A stretch of DNA of 64,000 bases, from contig MCFE01000294.1 in the NCBI GenBank assembly GCA_002104905.1, positions 1 to 64,000 of the forward strand. The letters are read 5' to 3'. The notes beneath the pieces are model-generated. The model was not told where the DNA came from and did not search any database. It saw only the letters and a program-made list of their open reading frames with translations. The translations under genes were made by a program, and so were the position numbers. This DNA comes from Basidiobolus meristosporus CBS 931.73. Lineage: Eukaryota; Fungi; Basidiobolomycota. How positions within the stretch are numbered: position 1 is the stretch's first letter; each line of letters opens with the position of its first letter. Shown piece by piece: positions 63,070 to 64,000 of this stretch.

Positions 63070-64000
63070 ATCCAAATAATTTCTACAGAGGAAGAGTATG
63101 TAGCAACCAGCAAGGCTAAAAAAGAAGCAATACTGCTTAGAAAGCTTTTTAATGGCTTAGACTTAGGTCAATAAGCACCTATTACTTTATTTCAAGATTT
63201 TCAAAGATGTACATCATTGGGTAAAAATCCAGCTTTTCATGCTATTGCTAAGCACATAAGTATCAGACATTACCTCCTACATGAAGCCATAGAGAGTAGT
63301 TTAGTCAACTTAGTGCAGTCTTCTGTAGATGAAATGATTGTAGACATATTTACTAAGCCATTAGATAGAGGCAAAATTATATATATTAGGCCAAAATTAG
63401 GACTAGTTGGTATGAACATTTAGTGGAGTGCAAGTGTGGTGAAAGTTGTTGTAAAAGCTTGCAATTCCACCCAAGACCTTGCAAAGGAAAAAGCAACCTG
63501 CTTTGTAACCACTGCAAAAGCAAAGGGCACATGTCACCTGGTGCTTGAAAAAGAGAGATAGTTGGCAGAAGAAGCCTGAATATGGAAATGCTGCAGCAAC
63601 TGAAGATAGACAACTCATATCTGCACTAAATATGACCACAAACAAGGAGTCCTGGTCATGGTATATTGACTCTGGAGCTTCTCAACACTTTACACACCAA
63701 AAAGAACTTTTTACCCAATATCAAGAAATTCCAATTAAGAAGGTTTTCATGGATGACAGTCAAACATTTGATGCAGTGGGAGAAGGAACTATCCAAGTAA
63801 ACCTTAGCAGCAGTAAAGGAAGCCATACACTAACTTTTAAGAAGTACTCCATGTACCAGAAATAGCCAAGAACCCACTATCTTTAAGCTAGGCCTCTGCA
63901 GAAGGATTCAGCTTCAGCTTTGACAGTACTGGATGCAGGACCACTGATTTAAATGGAGCTCTTATTGCTTTGGGTATCAGAGAGCAGAATTTGTATAAGT
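63070..64000 (+). pseudogene. copia relics: RNase H (63070-63420) joined to gag knuckle/protease (63430-64000, runs off the window)
   Basis: AKHISIRHYLL..MIVDIFTKPL, then WSWYIDSGASQHFT..AVGEGTI. Confidence 0.85.

Overview
Eukaryotic, probably fungal (taxon is an inference), CpG-depleted, AT-rich DNA made almost entirely of nested transposable elements. No host gene, rRNA, tRNA gene or CRISPR array is supported. The background layer is about seven decayed copies of one CACTA/En-Spm-type DNA transposon with CCC(C)TA termini and two head-to-head genes (a Transposase_21-like transposase and an unknown accessory protein). Inserted into it are: (i) a young, intact Ty3/gypsy element (6708-11645, 1377-aa Gag-Pol, LTRs differing at 2 of 368 nt, 4-bp TSD); (ii) two older relatives that share the same RT-killing lesions; (iii) three copia families with half-tRNA-iMet primer sites; (iv) three 1.1-1.2-kb solo-LTR-like elements with G-tract arrays and a terminal hairpin; (v) a foldback/MITE family whose terminus also caps a PIF/Harbinger-ISL2EU-type transposase relic; (vi) a second Ty3/gypsy element with a Tf1-type self-priming signature. 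The only intact long ORF is the Gag-Pol at 7134-11267. Most short ORFs in the track are antisense or frameshifted TE fragments. The best leads are a trans-mobilised RT-dead Ty3 lineage, the divergent two-gene CACTA with AG|CT-flanked ends, the MITE-to-transposase link with AWT targets, a twice-inserted Ty3/copia chimera and a spliced orphan gene relic.
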